Part shown: in pieces, positions 38,755 through 49,928 of the stretch
Position numbering within the stretch: the first letter of the stretch is position 1
Layout of the letters: each line of letters starts with the position of its first letter
From: an uncultured archaeon
GTDB lineage: Archaea; Asgardarchaeota; Lokiarchaeia; Sigyniarchaeales; SOKP01
Length of the DNA stretch: 64,000 bases
Direction of reading: 5' to 3'
Assembly: GCA_964486045.1 (NCBI GenBank)
Contig: CAZALK010000015.1
Coordinates: 32,001 to 96,000 of the forward strand
Notes under the pieces: model-generated
The model's database searches: none
What the model saw: the letters and a program-made list of their open reading frames with translations, nothing else
Told to the model about the DNA's origin: nothing
Translations under genes and position numbers: made by a program

Positions 38755-41346
38755 TTGTATGTTTTATTAGAAAATAAGCAAAGAGAAAAAAATAAGGTAT
38801 TACAATTGAAAAAGTTCTCAAGGAATTTACTATTGATTATTTATCTTTTTACATCCATCGGATTATTTGTCATATTGAATTTTCTTTTTTTTCATTATAA
38901 TTGGCTAAGACTCATAACAGATTGGAGTTTTTTAATAACAATTTTATTGTATTTGTTAACAATTGAAGAATTTTATCATTGGGTTCGAAATAATAAAAGA
39001 AGTGAAATGAGTGATATTGTAGCAATAGTATTTTTCTTTTTCCTCATTTTTTTCTTTACTAAGGACTTTTTAACTTCTTTAATGGGGGCATTCTCAATTT
39101 ATCTGTGGATTGGAATTTTTGAATTAAGAGAATATCCAATACTAAATAAAATATTAATTATCTCATTAGTTACTTATAACATTATATTTGTTGCAGGTAT
39201 TCTTTCTTTCTACCAAAATAATTCTGTATTTATTGATACTGCTTTTGCATTTTCTTTCTGGATTATTCTTATTATGGGATTTATATTATTTGGGAGAAAA
39301 TATTTAATTGTATGGAGATTTATGAGCCCAGAATATTTAACGCTATTTTTATACATAATTGCATGGTTAGCAATCGTCGTTATCAATCAGTATACACCAC
39401 TCAACTTCATTAGTAATAAACCGTTGATTTTTGGTCAATTTAATATTCTAGATTTTTTTATGAATATATATATCATCCTAATCGGGGTGAATTGGTTAAT
39501 TTACTTTGTTTCGGGTCCAATTTTAGACAAAATGCTTGGAATTAAGAGAGTAAAAGATAAAGAAATCCTAAGTAAAGTAAAAAAAGTAAAAGACAAAATT
39601 GGAATTAAAGGTAAGGTAAAAGTTGGGTATGGAAAGTATCCAATTCTGAATGCCATGGCTTATGGCTCATTGTTTGACAAAAGAATTGCTATTATTGCAG
39701 AAGATCTGAACCAAATTCCAAATGATGAGTTGGATGGTATTTTAGCTCATGAATTGGCCCACACAAAAGGAAAACATACACTTGTTTTAACTTGTATTAC
39801 AACAGGAGATTTAATTGTTAGAATGTTCTTAGGCATACCTGCAACTATGTACGACTACACTTTTGGAAATCCTCAAATTCCAATGATCGTTTTCATAATT
39901 TTAAACTTAGGTATTTACCTTCTTCTTTTTATATTTGTGAGAATTTTAGAAGGAAGAGCAGATTTAAAAGCGAAAAAAGTAGGATATGCAAATGAGCTAG
40001 CTAAAGCACTTTATAATTTGGAAAGTTTTTATGCTACTGGACGAGAAATTGGATTTAATACCATGCTTTTATGTGATGAGAAAATAACAAAAGATAATCA
40101 GCTGCTAGATTATATGAATACCGCTATTTATTTAAATCGTTCAATGATCAAACCCTCAAGATTATCTCTCATAGGTAATTTTATTAATTCACATCCACCG
40201 AGTTATTTTAGAATTGCAGCATTATTAGGTGATGAATTAAAACCAAATAAAGAAGCCATTCTTCCATTTATATGCTTGAAAAAATCTCGTCAAAAAAAAT
40301 ACGCTCGGAAATTTGAAAATGCAAGACGAAAATTTAAAATTATAGCAAATGAAAAGTTTAAACAATCGTTTCAAGTTAAAGATATCTCGTTATTAATGCA
40401 AAACCTGAGGAGAAAAGAAGGATATAAATTTGATCTAACGAAAAACTTTATTTTTAGAAATAAAATTACAGATGAGATTATAGTAGGAAAATTAAATGAT
40501 ATACATTTTCTTGATGATCTATGTGAGGGAGTACAATTTATTATAACTAATCTAAAAAGCAATCAAAAAGAAATCCTTAATACGTCAATATATACTCATT
40601 CTCAAATCGAATTTAACGAAACATATTTCTTACAAAAGAATACACCATTAAAATTAGAAGATATTGATATAAAAAGGGATAATGATATTATTGAGAATTT
40701 CTATGTTTTTTTAGATGAAGAAAATAACAAAATTCTAAAACCAATTCTAAAAACTAAATTACCAAATTCCCTGGCTTTACTTAAAAATTTTAAAGAACGA
40801 GATATTTTCTTAAAATCTAAAGGCGAATTGAATATCTCAAGATGCTTTAATGTTTTAGAAGCTAATGACTTAAGTAAGTATAAGCTAATCTTTTCAAATT
40901 CTGATACTAGTGAAAAACAAGAACAAAAACAGTTTACTTATACAATTAATGAATTAATAATTAGACCTAAAACGATAAATTTGACTATACATAAAAATAA
41001 AAGATTTCGTAAATCTGAATACCAAATAATAGAATGGCTGATAAATAAAGAGCTTCTAACTTATCTTTATCTTAAAAAACCAGTAAATAATCTAGAAATT
41101 GGATTTATCCAAAAAATAAAAAGAAATTTTGAAAATTCTAAAAAAGAGGGGAACAGTAATAAAGAGACTCTAATTCTAAAAAATATTTTTGACAAAACAA
41201 TAGAAATTCCATATAATAAAATAGAATTAATCATGTTTGAATTTAATAGTGCTACGATTCAAGTTAAATCTGAAACAAGCTTAACAAGTCGCTTAGGTTA
41301 TAAAATATTGAAGAAATTTAAACCAGCGAGAATTATAATAACATAA
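38755..41346 (+). CDS. M48 (HtpX/Ste24-like) membrane zinc metalloprotease with extended N- and C-terminal domains
   Basis: 'LNAMAYG', 'ELDGILAHELAH', 'EGRAD', 'SHPP'; about 8 N-terminal TMs and a ~330-aa soluble C-terminus. Confidence 0.85.
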   Translation: MYVLLENKQREKNKVLQLKKFSRNLLLIIYLFTSIGLFVILNFLFFHYNWLRLITDWSFLITILLYLLTIEEFYHWVRNNKRSEMSDIVAIVFFFFLIFFFTKDFLTSLMGAFSIYLWIGIFELREYPILNKILIISLVTYNIIFVAGILSFYQNNSVFIDTAFAFSFWIILIMGFILFGRKYLIVWRFMSPEYLTLFLYIIAWLAIVVINQYTPLNFISNKPLIFGQFNILDFFMNIYIILIGVNWLIYFVSGPILDKMLGIKRVKDKEILSKVKKVKDKIGIKGKVKVGYGKYPILNAMAYGSLFDKRIAIIAEDLNQIPNDELDGILAHELAHTKGKHTLVLTCITTGDLIVRMFLGIPATMYDYTFGNPQIPMIVFIILNLGIYLLLFIFVRILEGRADLKAKKVGYANELAKALYNLESFYATGREIGFNTMLLCDEKITKDNQLLDYMNTAIYLNRSMIKPSRLSLIGNFINSHPPSYFRIAALLGDELKPNKEAILPFICLKKSRQKKYARKFENARRKFKIIANEKFKQSFQVKDISLLMQNLRRKEGYKFDLTKNFIFRNKITDEIIVGKLNDIHFLDDLCEGVQFIITNLKSNQKEILNTSIYTHSQIEFNETYFLQKNTPLKLEDIDIKRDNDIIENFYVFLDEENNKILKPILKTKLPNSLALLKNFKERDIFLKSKGELNISRCFNVLEANDLSKYKLIFSNSDTSEKQEQKQFTYTINELIIRPKTINLTIHKNKRFRKSEYQIIEWLINKELLTYLYLKKPVNNLEIGFIQKIKRNFENSKKEGNSNKETLILKNIFDKTIEIPYNKIELIMFEFNSATIQVKSETSLTSRLGYKILKKFKPARIIIT

Positions 41347-41363
41347 TAAAATTTATTATCAAT

Positions 41364-42311
41364 GTGCCTTTCAATGGATTATCGATGCCGAATAAACTCA
41401 AAAGTATTTTAAACCTTCTGCGTATCCGGCAATACTATAAAAACTTACTGATATTTGTTGGAATTTTTTTTAGTGAAAGGCTTTTTGAAACAGATCTTTA
41501 TAATACTCTAATAATAGGCTTTCTTCTATTATGCTTCACCTCATCTTTTAACTATATTATTAATGATATAATAGATATCGAAAGAGACAAAAATCATCCA
41601 GAAAAAATCAAAAAGAAACCTCTGGCATCAGGTGACATCTCTATATATTTCGCGATATTAATATTGGTCATATTGGGAGGAACCACTATTTTGTTTCTGA
41701 TTTTTTTAATCCCAAATTTGGGTTTTGCTTTAATGATAGTCATGATAATTGTTACAGGTCAACTTTATACCCATCTTTTTAAGAAATTTGCTTTTATCGA
41801 CATTTTAATTTTATCGACGGGATATTTATGGAGAACTTTAGCAGGATGCGCAATTATTGAAGAATATGTTTCTGCTTGGTTATTTTTAGCCATTTTTGAA
41901 GTAGCTATGTTTTTGAGTATTGCAAAAAGAAAAGGTGATTTGAGTTTTCTTGGAAAAGAAAAAGCTTTTGAGCATAAGAAAGTATACGATCAATATTCTC
42001 TTAAATTACTAGATCAATTTTATGTAATAATCGCGGGGTCATTGTTTATGACCTATTCTTTATATCTTCTTATTAATTTTAATTTGACAGGGACTCAAAA
42101 TCCTAATTTTTATGAATACCTAGCGATTTTTACAATACCACTTTCACTATATATAATTATGCGCTTTATGTATTTAACTTCTGCGAAACCAGAAATCGCA
42201 AGAAGCACTGAGAGAGCCTTTTTAGATAAAGGAATAATTATTACCAGCATAATTCTTATTACGATTTTATTTTTCTCATTCTATTTTGATACTTTATTTT
42301 TGACCTTATAA
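41364..42311 (+). CDS. UbiA-family prenyltransferase (decaprenyl-phosphate phosphoribosyltransferase-like)
   Basis: 'LRIRQYYKNLLIF', 'YIINDIIDIERDKNHPEK..KPLASG', 'KRKGDL'. Confidence 0.85.
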   Translation: MPFNGLSMPNKLKSILNLLRIRQYYKNLLIFVGIFFSERLFETDLYNTLIIGFLLLCFTSSFNYIINDIIDIERDKNHPEKIKKKPLASGDISIYFAILILVILGGTTILFLIFLIPNLGFALMIVMIIVTGQLYTHLFKKFAFIDILILSTGYLWRTLAGCAIIEEYVSAWLFLAIFEVAMFLSIAKRKGDLSFLGKEKAFEHKKVYDQYSLKLLDQFYVIIAGSLFMTYSLYLLINFNLTGTQNPNFYEYLAIFTIPLSLYIIMRFMYLTSAKPEIARSTERAFLDKGIIITSIILITILFFSFYFDTLFLTL

Positions 42312-42649
42312 TAGGTATTCTAAATTAACAAATAATGGAATCCCTGTCCTAATGTAAATAACAAAATCGAAGCTTAGATTTCAATCAATTCTTTAAATTT
42401 AGATATGATTTGATCTCACTCGATGGTTTAATACTTTTATTGTACAAGCTTAATGGGATACAGACATTTATTATTCATGTTTTGCCTTTTCAAGAAGTTT
42501 AAGAATCAGTTAACTAAATCAAATTATATATTTCATTATTAATTCACTATTCTCCCATAAGATTTGAGTTTATCATTCTTTTCAGGTCGTTAAAAAACGT
42601 GCCTAATGCTCTAAGCAACAAAATTTAGTGATTCTTAATTTCTCTGGTA

Positions 42650-43222
42650 TCAATGGGGACCTTTAAGGCTAATGATTAAAATTGAAGAGAAAATATTAAT
42701 AGTTCCCACTATGATAAATAGTAATCTCCAAAATCTAACACCTATTAGCATGAAGATAAAACCGAAGCTAATTAACAATATAACTATAGTTAAAAGTAAG
42801 AATATTAAATAAGGACCATTACTCCGATCCGATGGCAAAGCTCTAATAATTATCATTATGAAAATAGGCAATATAAATCCGATTCCTACACCCGTGATGA
42901 GAAAATTCAAAAAATAAATTTGCCAATTCCATGAAAAGCTTGTATAAATAAGGCTAAAACCGGTGAGTACTACGCATATAATGAGAGTCGACTTATGAGC
43001 TATTTTATCAATAAACTTTATTGTTATCAAAAGGATAATGGTAAATACAATAAAGGTTATAGCTAATAAATCTGAAAAACTTAGAGAAGTGATAAACCAT
43101 GATCCGACATAATCAACTATTGTGGGATTAATAAAGGATAGGAAATTAAAAACAATCCCAACAAAAATGCTAGATAAGATAAGAACTGGTATTATAAACT
43201 TCACAATTAATTGTCTGTTCAT
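42650..43222 (-). CDS. Membrane protein resembling half an MFS transporter
   Basis: About 6 TMs; 'FIDKIAHK', 'ITGVGIG', 'PSDRS', 'WRLLFII' resemble the MFS N-domain. Confidence 0.55.
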   Translation of the reverse strand: MNRQLIVKFIIPVLILSSIFVGIVFNFLSFINPTIVDYVGSWFITSLSFSDLLAITFIVFTIILLITIKFIDKIAHKSTLIICVVLTGFSLIYTSFSWNWQIYFLNFLITGVGIGFILPIFIMIIIRALPSDRSNGPYLIFLLLTIVILLISFGFIFMLIGVRFWRLLFIIVGTINIFSSILIISLKGPH

Positions 43223-43550
43223 ATTATCTTCTTAATTTAAACTCAATAAAAAAAGTTTGTTTTTTACATAAAAAATACAGTATAATTCTAAACCATCTCT
43301 TTTTCATCTTTTGGGTAGAGGAAACTTTGTTTAGAAGAAAATTACGTGAGATTTTGTTGAAATTAATACTTAAGATTTTCTTATGCTAAATGTGAAGAAA
43401 AAATTCAAAGCAACTTCCTGTTTTATTAAATACTTCTGTTACATAATTTTAGATTTAAAAAATTAAGACTCTTGATTGTCATTAATTAATAGTAGGACTT
43501 AAGTGTTATCTTAGAAGAAAATTTATATAAAACAATTCAAAATATTTATT

Positions 43551-46442
43551 ATGTTAAATAAAACAAAATTAAATATTGCAGTAATTTTATTAGCTACTGG
43601 CATAGGTTTAGCACCAACTGGTTTTTTCATGAACGGATATTTTAGAGATCAAGTTCGTGCTAATGTTCCTGAAACACTTTTAATCATTAATAATGCTGCA
43701 ATTCCTGTAATAGAGGCAAATTTTTCTGGATTAGGTATACCAGAGGTTTTAGAAGCGCTTCGAGAACAGGAAACTCAAGATATTGAGGACGAAATAGTTA
43801 AAGTGCGTTCTATTCCTAATATTCTCTCATTTCTCAAAAATTTATCAATGCCGATTTTCCTAGAAAGAGTTAACACTTCGATGACTAGCACTATAATAAG
43901 TGATAGCCTTGATTCTGTAGCCGCCGTTGTCCAAGAAAGGATTGAAGGCTCAAGGTCAGCTCAGATTATTAACCAAACTTTGGAACAAGTAATAAATTCT
44001 AATTCGACTACTCTAATAAATGCTATGGAAGTGTTTTTTAATAATTACACTTTTCAAGAGAATTACACAACTTCAATAGAAGGTGTCTCAGAATTTGTTA
44101 CAAGAGGTTTAAATAAACTCAATTATACTGCTACTGCCCAACAAAGTTTATTATTTGGAAATGCATCTTCTCCTGGATTAACCCAAGATCTTGTAAACGG
44201 TACTGGGGTTCAGGATTTTTTAGAATTTTACGATAATGCTACTCAAGATCCCGCAACATACAATCTTACTATGCAGATATCATATAATTCTACTTGGGGG
44301 CAACTTACATCTGTAGCAGAATATGTTACTGATTATTTGATCGCTTCTGTAGTTTCTGGTGAATATGTTACAAACTTTAGCATAACTCCATCCAAGTATG
44401 CACTCTTAAACATAACGGAACAATTCTTCAATGATGATAACTGGTCAATTACTACACAAGGAATAACTACTATTAGTGGTATTTCTGAGTTTGGAACAAG
44501 CGGCTCATATAACCTTAGTTATACTAATACCACTCAACAAAGATTATTATATGGTGAGGATAATGGGGAAATTTATCCGGGAATTCTAGAAGATCTTGCA
44601 TTAGGTACCGGAATTTCTTATTTTCTCGATCTCTATAACGAGACTTCTGGGGATTCTTCAATGCAATTACAATATAATGCTACTTTTTACCAATTAAAAA
44701 ACTTAACTTCTTATTTAACTCAATACATGTTTGATTTGATTATACCTGCTCAATTGGCTTTAAAAGGCTTAACTTTAGATTCTGCAGCAGAGAATGATTT
44801 CCATATGCAATGGGCTAATGGTACAATTTTCACAAGTGGAATATTCCTGAGAGATTTAAGTGAGGAGCTTGGATCCATGCTAAAAGCCTCCAGTGCAGTA
44901 AGACTTATTCAAAACACAATAAACCAAGTTGTAACTCAAAATTCTACAACTCTACTAAATGCTACGGATAATTTTTTTAACAATTATGAGTTTCGAACTA
45001 ATTATTCGGTCGAAATAGAGGGCGTATCAGAGATGACGACTTTTGGAATTAGTAGTCGGGACTATTCTATTACTGCTCAAGAAAGAATTTTATATGGGTA
45101 TGGAGACGCACCGGGATTGTTAACAGACACTGTATCGGGGTTAGGTTTTATAAAATGGCTAGATTTTTATCAAGCAGCAACATTAAATATTGGAAGTAAT
45201 AGAACCTTGATGGAATCTACTTATAATGCAACCTGGCTCGATCAACTCTATTATATGGGAATATATCTCCAATATCACATTTTGGAGCAACCGATCGTCT
45301 TATCAGGGCAAAAAGGTTTAGAAGTAGGAATTCCTAGCCCCTCATATATTTCTTTGGATGACTCCAAAAGTCTTTGGGACCCAGTAAACTTGTCTGGGTT
45401 TGCTAATGATGTTGGAATTCTAAAATGGTATGATGCTGTAAATGGAAATTTAACTGCTCAAAGTGAAATTAATGCAACCCATAATTTAAGTGATGCTAAA
45501 TTCGGGAAAATTTATAATTGGTTATTTTCAACCATCAAAGATGTTGTTTTGCCAATAATTTTTATTCTCCAGGCTCCTACAGGAACAAGAATTACAACTA
45601 CTCAATATGCCGAAATCCTCTTTTTGGAACAATGGGCAAATGCCACTGTTGTACCAGAAGGTCTTGATCTTGGAGCTGGACTCAAGGGATTTGAGGTAGG
45701 CATTCCGGTAACATCTAACATTTCCCTTTCAATAACTACTTCTTTCTTTGAAACAGGAAATTCTTCATCATTCATCAATAAGAATGGACTTTTAAAATGG
45801 ATTGACGCTGAAAGTGGAGATATTGCCTCTCGGACAGATTTAATCACCACATTTAATTTAGATCCAAATCAATTAGATTTAATCCTTAATTGGTTATTTA
45901 CGACATTTAAAGTAAATGTTGTTCCTAATATTGTTCTTAATATAACAGGATACACTATGACAGAACTAGCAGGATTTGAATTCTTTCGCCAATGGGCTAA
46001 TGGTTCACTCTTTACTAACGGAATTGACCCAGGGCCAGCCTTTGGCCTTGATTCTCTCAGTGGTTGGGAAATTGGTCTTCCAATTGCGAGTAAAATAGAT
46101 TTAGACACCGCTATGCAATTATGGTCTGAGGAAAATCCTGAGTCATTCGTAACACCAATTGGAAATACTAAATGGTTTATCGCAGTGGAAGCACCTAACA
46201 CATATAATAATTTGAAATTGCTTTTTCAATTGAGCGATGATCAAATGCATACAATTTTCGGGTGGTTAGCAAAGATAAGAGATGAATTTGCATTATATTT
46301 TTCGCAAGTAGAAGGAGGTTTACTAATTAACGCTTATGAGCTTGGAAATATACTACTGATGGGATGTGCAATTAGTGGGTTTGGTCTTGCTGCCATGGGT
46401 GTTCTTACTTTAGTAGTGACGAAATTGTCTAAACGTCGATAA
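43551..46442 (+). CDS. Large doubly membrane-anchored glycoprotein with two families of internal repeats
   Basis: N- and C-terminal hydrophobic helices; three 'FFN...GVSE...Y..TAQ.R.L.G..PG...D...G.G' repeats; three 'G.E.G.P..S.I' repeats with associated QWAN motifs; many sequons. Confidence 0.75.
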   Translation: MLNKTKLNIAVILLATGIGLAPTGFFMNGYFRDQVRANVPETLLIINNAAIPVIEANFSGLGIPEVLEALREQETQDIEDEIVKVRSIPNILSFLKNLSMPIFLERVNTSMTSTIISDSLDSVAAVVQERIEGSRSAQIINQTLEQVINSNSTTLINAMEVFFNNYTFQENYTTSIEGVSEFVTRGLNKLNYTATAQQSLLFGNASSPGLTQDLVNGTGVQDFLEFYDNATQDPATYNLTMQISYNSTWGQLTSVAEYVTDYLIASVVSGEYVTNFSITPSKYALLNITEQFFNDDNWSITTQGITTISGISEFGTSGSYNLSYTNTTQQRLLYGEDNGEIYPGILEDLALGTGISYFLDLYNETSGDSSMQLQYNATFYQLKNLTSYLTQYMFDLIIPAQLALKGLTLDSAAENDFHMQWANGTIFTSGIFLRDLSEELGSMLKASSAVRLIQNTINQVVTQNSTTLLNATDNFFNNYEFRTNYSVEIEGVSEMTTFGISSRDYSITAQERILYGYGDAPGLLTDTVSGLGFIKWLDFYQAATLNIGSNRTLMESTYNATWLDQLYYMGIYLQYHILEQPIVLSGQKGLEVGIPSPSYISLDDSKSLWDPVNLSGFANDVGILKWYDAVNGNLTAQSEINATHNLSDAKFGKIYNWLFSTIKDVVLPIIFILQAPTGTRITTTQYAEILFLEQWANATVVPEGLDLGAGLKGFEVGIPVTSNISLSITTSFFETGNSSSFINKNGLLKWIDAESGDIASRTDLITTFNLDPNQLDLILNWLFTTFKVNVVPNIVLNITGYTMTELAGFEFFRQWANGSLFTNGIDPGPAFGLDSLSGWEIGLPIASKIDLDTAMQLWSEENPESFVTPIGNTKWFIAVEAPNTYNNLKLLFQLSDDQMHTIFGWLAKIRDEFALYFSQVEGGLLINAYELGNILLMGCAISGFGLAAMGVLTLVVTKLSKRR

Positions 46443-47272
46443 CTTTAAGTTATTAGATACTTCATTTTTTTTAAATTTTATTTCAAGAATTTATTTTCCC
46501 AAATAAATAAAATCTTACAAAAATTCCTCTTAAAAAATTTTAAAATTGCCATTGACACTGTTTTGGGCAATCTAATCTAAATTTTTTTAAAAATTTTCAA
46601 TAGAATATTAGGTTAATTTACGTATAGTTGAATTCTTGTCAAATAAAGAATTACTAATTAAAAAAGAACATTAATAAATTCAAATTGATTAACGTGAGTG
46701 ACTCATTAAGGCTACGATTCCATGAATTGTATAATTTAAAACAAAAATTAAATATTAAATATCCCATTTAGATAAAGTAAGTGATTTATTAACTTTCTGT
46801 AAACCCTCAAGAGTTTAAAAATGTCTTTCTTCATTACTATGAATGAAGAATTTAAAAATCAAGAATTCTATATTCGGAAGCGCGCCTTGAGCAAGGAGTA
46901 CAATCTTTCTGAGACACGGGAGCCGGATGACCATTAATGTAAATAACTTGGATAAAAATTTCTATTGATTCGATCTGTTCCAGAAATTTCTCATTAGAGT
47001 ATTACGAAGCTTATCTTTACCAAAAAGCATTTTTCTGGTTGAAAATGCACTTACTACTCAACGTATTAAGAAAATGACGTGCCTTTTGGAACCGCTTATA
47101 TCTCCAAAAATAGTAATTAATACCCACTTAAATCCCCCATTAAAAGATAGTTATTACTTTTCCTAATATTTTCAAATGTTATTTTTAAAAAGATAAAACT
47201 TATAAGCTTTTGAAACAAAAAAACTATTTAACCACAAATCTAAAAAAAAACAATTAAACCTAAAAAAATAAA

Positions 47273-48994
47273 GTGATTAAATTTATGGAAAGAAAAACTT
47301 TAGCGATAGGAATCGTAGTTATCATAGCAATTGCAGCTGGTACCACTGGTGCCGTAATATTTTTTGTACAACCACCAGCAGGAGCAGGTGGAAAGACACT
47401 TGTTGCCGCAACAATGTATGGTCCTGTTGATCTTGATCCAATAGTAGCTTGGGATAGTGCATCAATTGATGTAATTGATCAAGTGGTTGAGGGTTTATAT
47501 AGATATGATTTAGGTGACCCTTCCCTTGCTCAAATTCCGGCCCTCGCTACTGACGACGGCTCATGGAACGGCCCGGCTACCGAATTTACAGTTACCCTTA
47601 GACAAAATGTTAAATTCCATGATGGAGCTGATTTTAATGCGGATGCGGTAATAGCTCACTGGGATAGAATGGCTTGGGCTTTAAACACTACTGGTACTAA
47701 CACAGTTATTATAACTCAAACAGCAGAATTATATGAATTTCCAGATGGTACTCCCATTGTATCTAGTATTACAAAAAACAGTGATTACAGCGTAACCTTT
47801 GTTTTAAGTGGTCCATTTATTCCATTCAAAGCTCTTTTGTCATTCAGCGCTTCTTATATTCAATCACCATTACATTACGCCAGCCTTACGAATCAATACA
47901 TTGATACGGCTACTGGAGATATAATCGGCACTGGCCCATTCACCTATGATGGATATGAAGTTGGTGTAGAAGTTATCTTTACTGCTTTTGATGGTTATTG
48001 GGACGGACGAGCTGCTCTTGATATAATAGTTCTCTCAGAAATTGTCGATGCAAATGCCAGAAACTTAGCTCTATTATCCGGTGACATTGATCTTTTATTG
48101 GATCCTATGGATGAGTTACTCGATATGATAAACAGTACAGCAGGTCTACATGTAGAACAAGGTCCACAAGGTACGGTTGTTCAATATCTAGGGATGAATA
48201 ACAATTTGATAAACGTAACCTTTAGAGAAGCAATTTCTTATGCATTGGATTATGATTACATTCTTAACGAACTTCGACAAGGCAATGCTTTGAGAATGAA
48301 ATCTCCTGTTCCAGAAGGTATTATGTATGCTGACACCACATTTAATGCACCAATCTTAAACATTACTCATGCGAGAATGAAAATGCAAGACATGGGTTTT
48401 GGAACAGCTTTAGATGCAACCTCTCCAGGTCCAGATGACTGGCTATGGCGAAATTCTAATTTTGCTTCATTCAGCTATACTTACAACATCGGTAATAACT
48501 TCCGGGAGCAAATGTTAGTCTTATTACAAGACAATCTCGGAGACATTGGTGTTACAGTAACAGATGATGGTATGACATGGGGAGATTTCATTTACAGGCT
48601 TTACGAAATAGGAAATCTTACTAGGAATATGTTAGAACTGTACTTCATCGGATGGGGTCCAGATTATAACGATCCGAGCAACTTCATTAATCCCTTGTTT
48701 ACCAATAGATCTGTTGCTTCTAATGGAGCACAATACAATGGATGGCTTTCCTCAGGTAATTCAAGCGTTCTAAATGATAATGTCCAACTCTTAATGGAAG
48801 CGGCTCTAGCAGAGACCAATCCTGTTACAAGAGAAGCTCATTATAACAGGATTCAAGAACTACTGGTTGAAAGAGATTTTCCATGGGCTTGGTGCTATGT
48901 TGGTATGAGTTTCCGCGCGTATGTTGACAACATGATTGGATACGATCTTAACCCAATGGGTAGAGAGTGGTGGTATCCTATCGACTTTACCTAA
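47273..48994 (+). CDS. dppA: Peptide ABC transporter substrate-binding protein (family 5; start probably ATG 47285)
   Basis: 'LRQNVKFHDGADFNADAV', 'IGTGPF', 'FREAISYALD', 'GWGPDYNDP'; N-terminal anchor. Confidence 0.9.
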   Translation: MIKFMERKTLAIGIVVIIAIAAGTTGAVIFFVQPPAGAGGKTLVAATMYGPVDLDPIVAWDSASIDVIDQVVEGLYRYDLGDPSLAQIPALATDDGSWNGPATEFTVTLRQNVKFHDGADFNADAVIAHWDRMAWALNTTGTNTVIITQTAELYEFPDGTPIVSSITKNSDYSVTFVLSGPFIPFKALLSFSASYIQSPLHYASLTNQYIDTATGDIIGTGPFTYDGYEVGVEVIFTAFDGYWDGRAALDIIVLSEIVDANARNLALLSGDIDLLLDPMDELLDMINSTAGLHVEQGPQGTVVQYLGMNNNLINVTFREAISYALDYDYILNELRQGNALRMKSPVPEGIMYADTTFNAPILNITHARMKMQDMGFGTALDATSPGPDDWLWRNSNFASFSYTYNIGNNFREQMLVLLQDNLGDIGVTVTDDGMTWGDFIYRLYEIGNLTRNMLELYFIGWGPDYNDPSNFINPLFTNRSVASNGAQYNGWLSSGNSSVLNDNVQLLMEAALAETNPVTREAHYNRIQELLVERDFPWAWCYVGMSFRAYVDNMIGYDLNPMGREWWYPIDFT

Positions 48995-49055
48995 ATGGAT
49001 TCGTATATAATAAGATAACAAATTAATCTACAAAATTTTTTTTTTTTAAATTTTT

Positions 49056-49928
49056 TTGGTATTTCAAATGAGCCCAAAATATTCTTTTTTTAATTCCCCC
49101 GTTAAATTAAAATCATTCAAAAGAGACCTTGCGCCTATAGGTTTTTATTTTGATATATTTGCATCAGAAATATTTAAAATTCCCGTGATGCCAGTTCCAA
49201 TGAGAATTGATAAATTAACAAACGGGGATTTGACATTATTTATATTCCCTGATCTTGAAAATTTGAATAAACTGTTAAAAAAGCTTGATTTGACCGTTAA
49301 TGTTAAAAAATTTTTCATACTTGGAATCACTAATTTTATAAATTTCGCAAAAGGAAAATATAAGGAAATTATACACCGAAATTTAAAACATGAAATGATA
49401 ATAAAATGGTTTGAAATTTCACGCCTAATAAAAACAGAAATCCCTAGCATTATAGAAGCCTTTACTTACCTGCTTCTTGAATTTTTGAAAACTTTTTCTA
49501 ACATTGAAGAAAAAAGATTAAAACCACACCTTGAGGGATATACTACAGAACTGTTAACATATTGTGATAAAATTATTACTTATATGAAAGAAAAAATAGA
49601 AAATAATTTAATCCTAATTAAAGAGGAAGGGTCAATAAAAACAGTACAGTTATATTTAGAAAAAAAAGAGAAATATTATCCACAAATAATTTCCATTAAA
49701 ATCGATAAGAAAACAAAAATGAACTTTATTCCCTATTTAATCTATGACGATATTCTTGATATTTTTTCTTATAATAAACAAATTTTACATGAGGGTAAAC
49801 AAACCCCCGTTGATATGACGATTTGGAAATGCAAGGGAATAATTAATAAGAGATCGAATCTAAATTATAGTAACGATTTTATAAGAGATTTTGACTTGGA
49901 AAAGATTGATATAGAGAAAGTTTTATGA
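49056..49928 (+). CDS. Hypothetical protein
   Basis: 290-aa ORF; overlaps the next gene by ATGA. Confidence 0.7.
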   Translation: MVFQMSPKYSFFNSPVKLKSFKRDLAPIGFYFDIFASEIFKIPVMPVPMRIDKLTNGDLTLFIFPDLENLNKLLKKLDLTVNVKKFFILGITNFINFAKGKYKEIIHRNLKHEMIIKWFEISRLIKTEIPSIIEAFTYLLLEFLKTFSNIEEKRLKPHLEGYTTELLTYCDKIITYMKEKIENNLILIKEEGSIKTVQLYLEKKEKYYPQIISIKIDKKTKMNFIPYLIYDDILDIFSYNKQILHEGKQTPVDMTIWKCKGIINKRSNLNYSNDFIRDFDLEKIDIEKVL

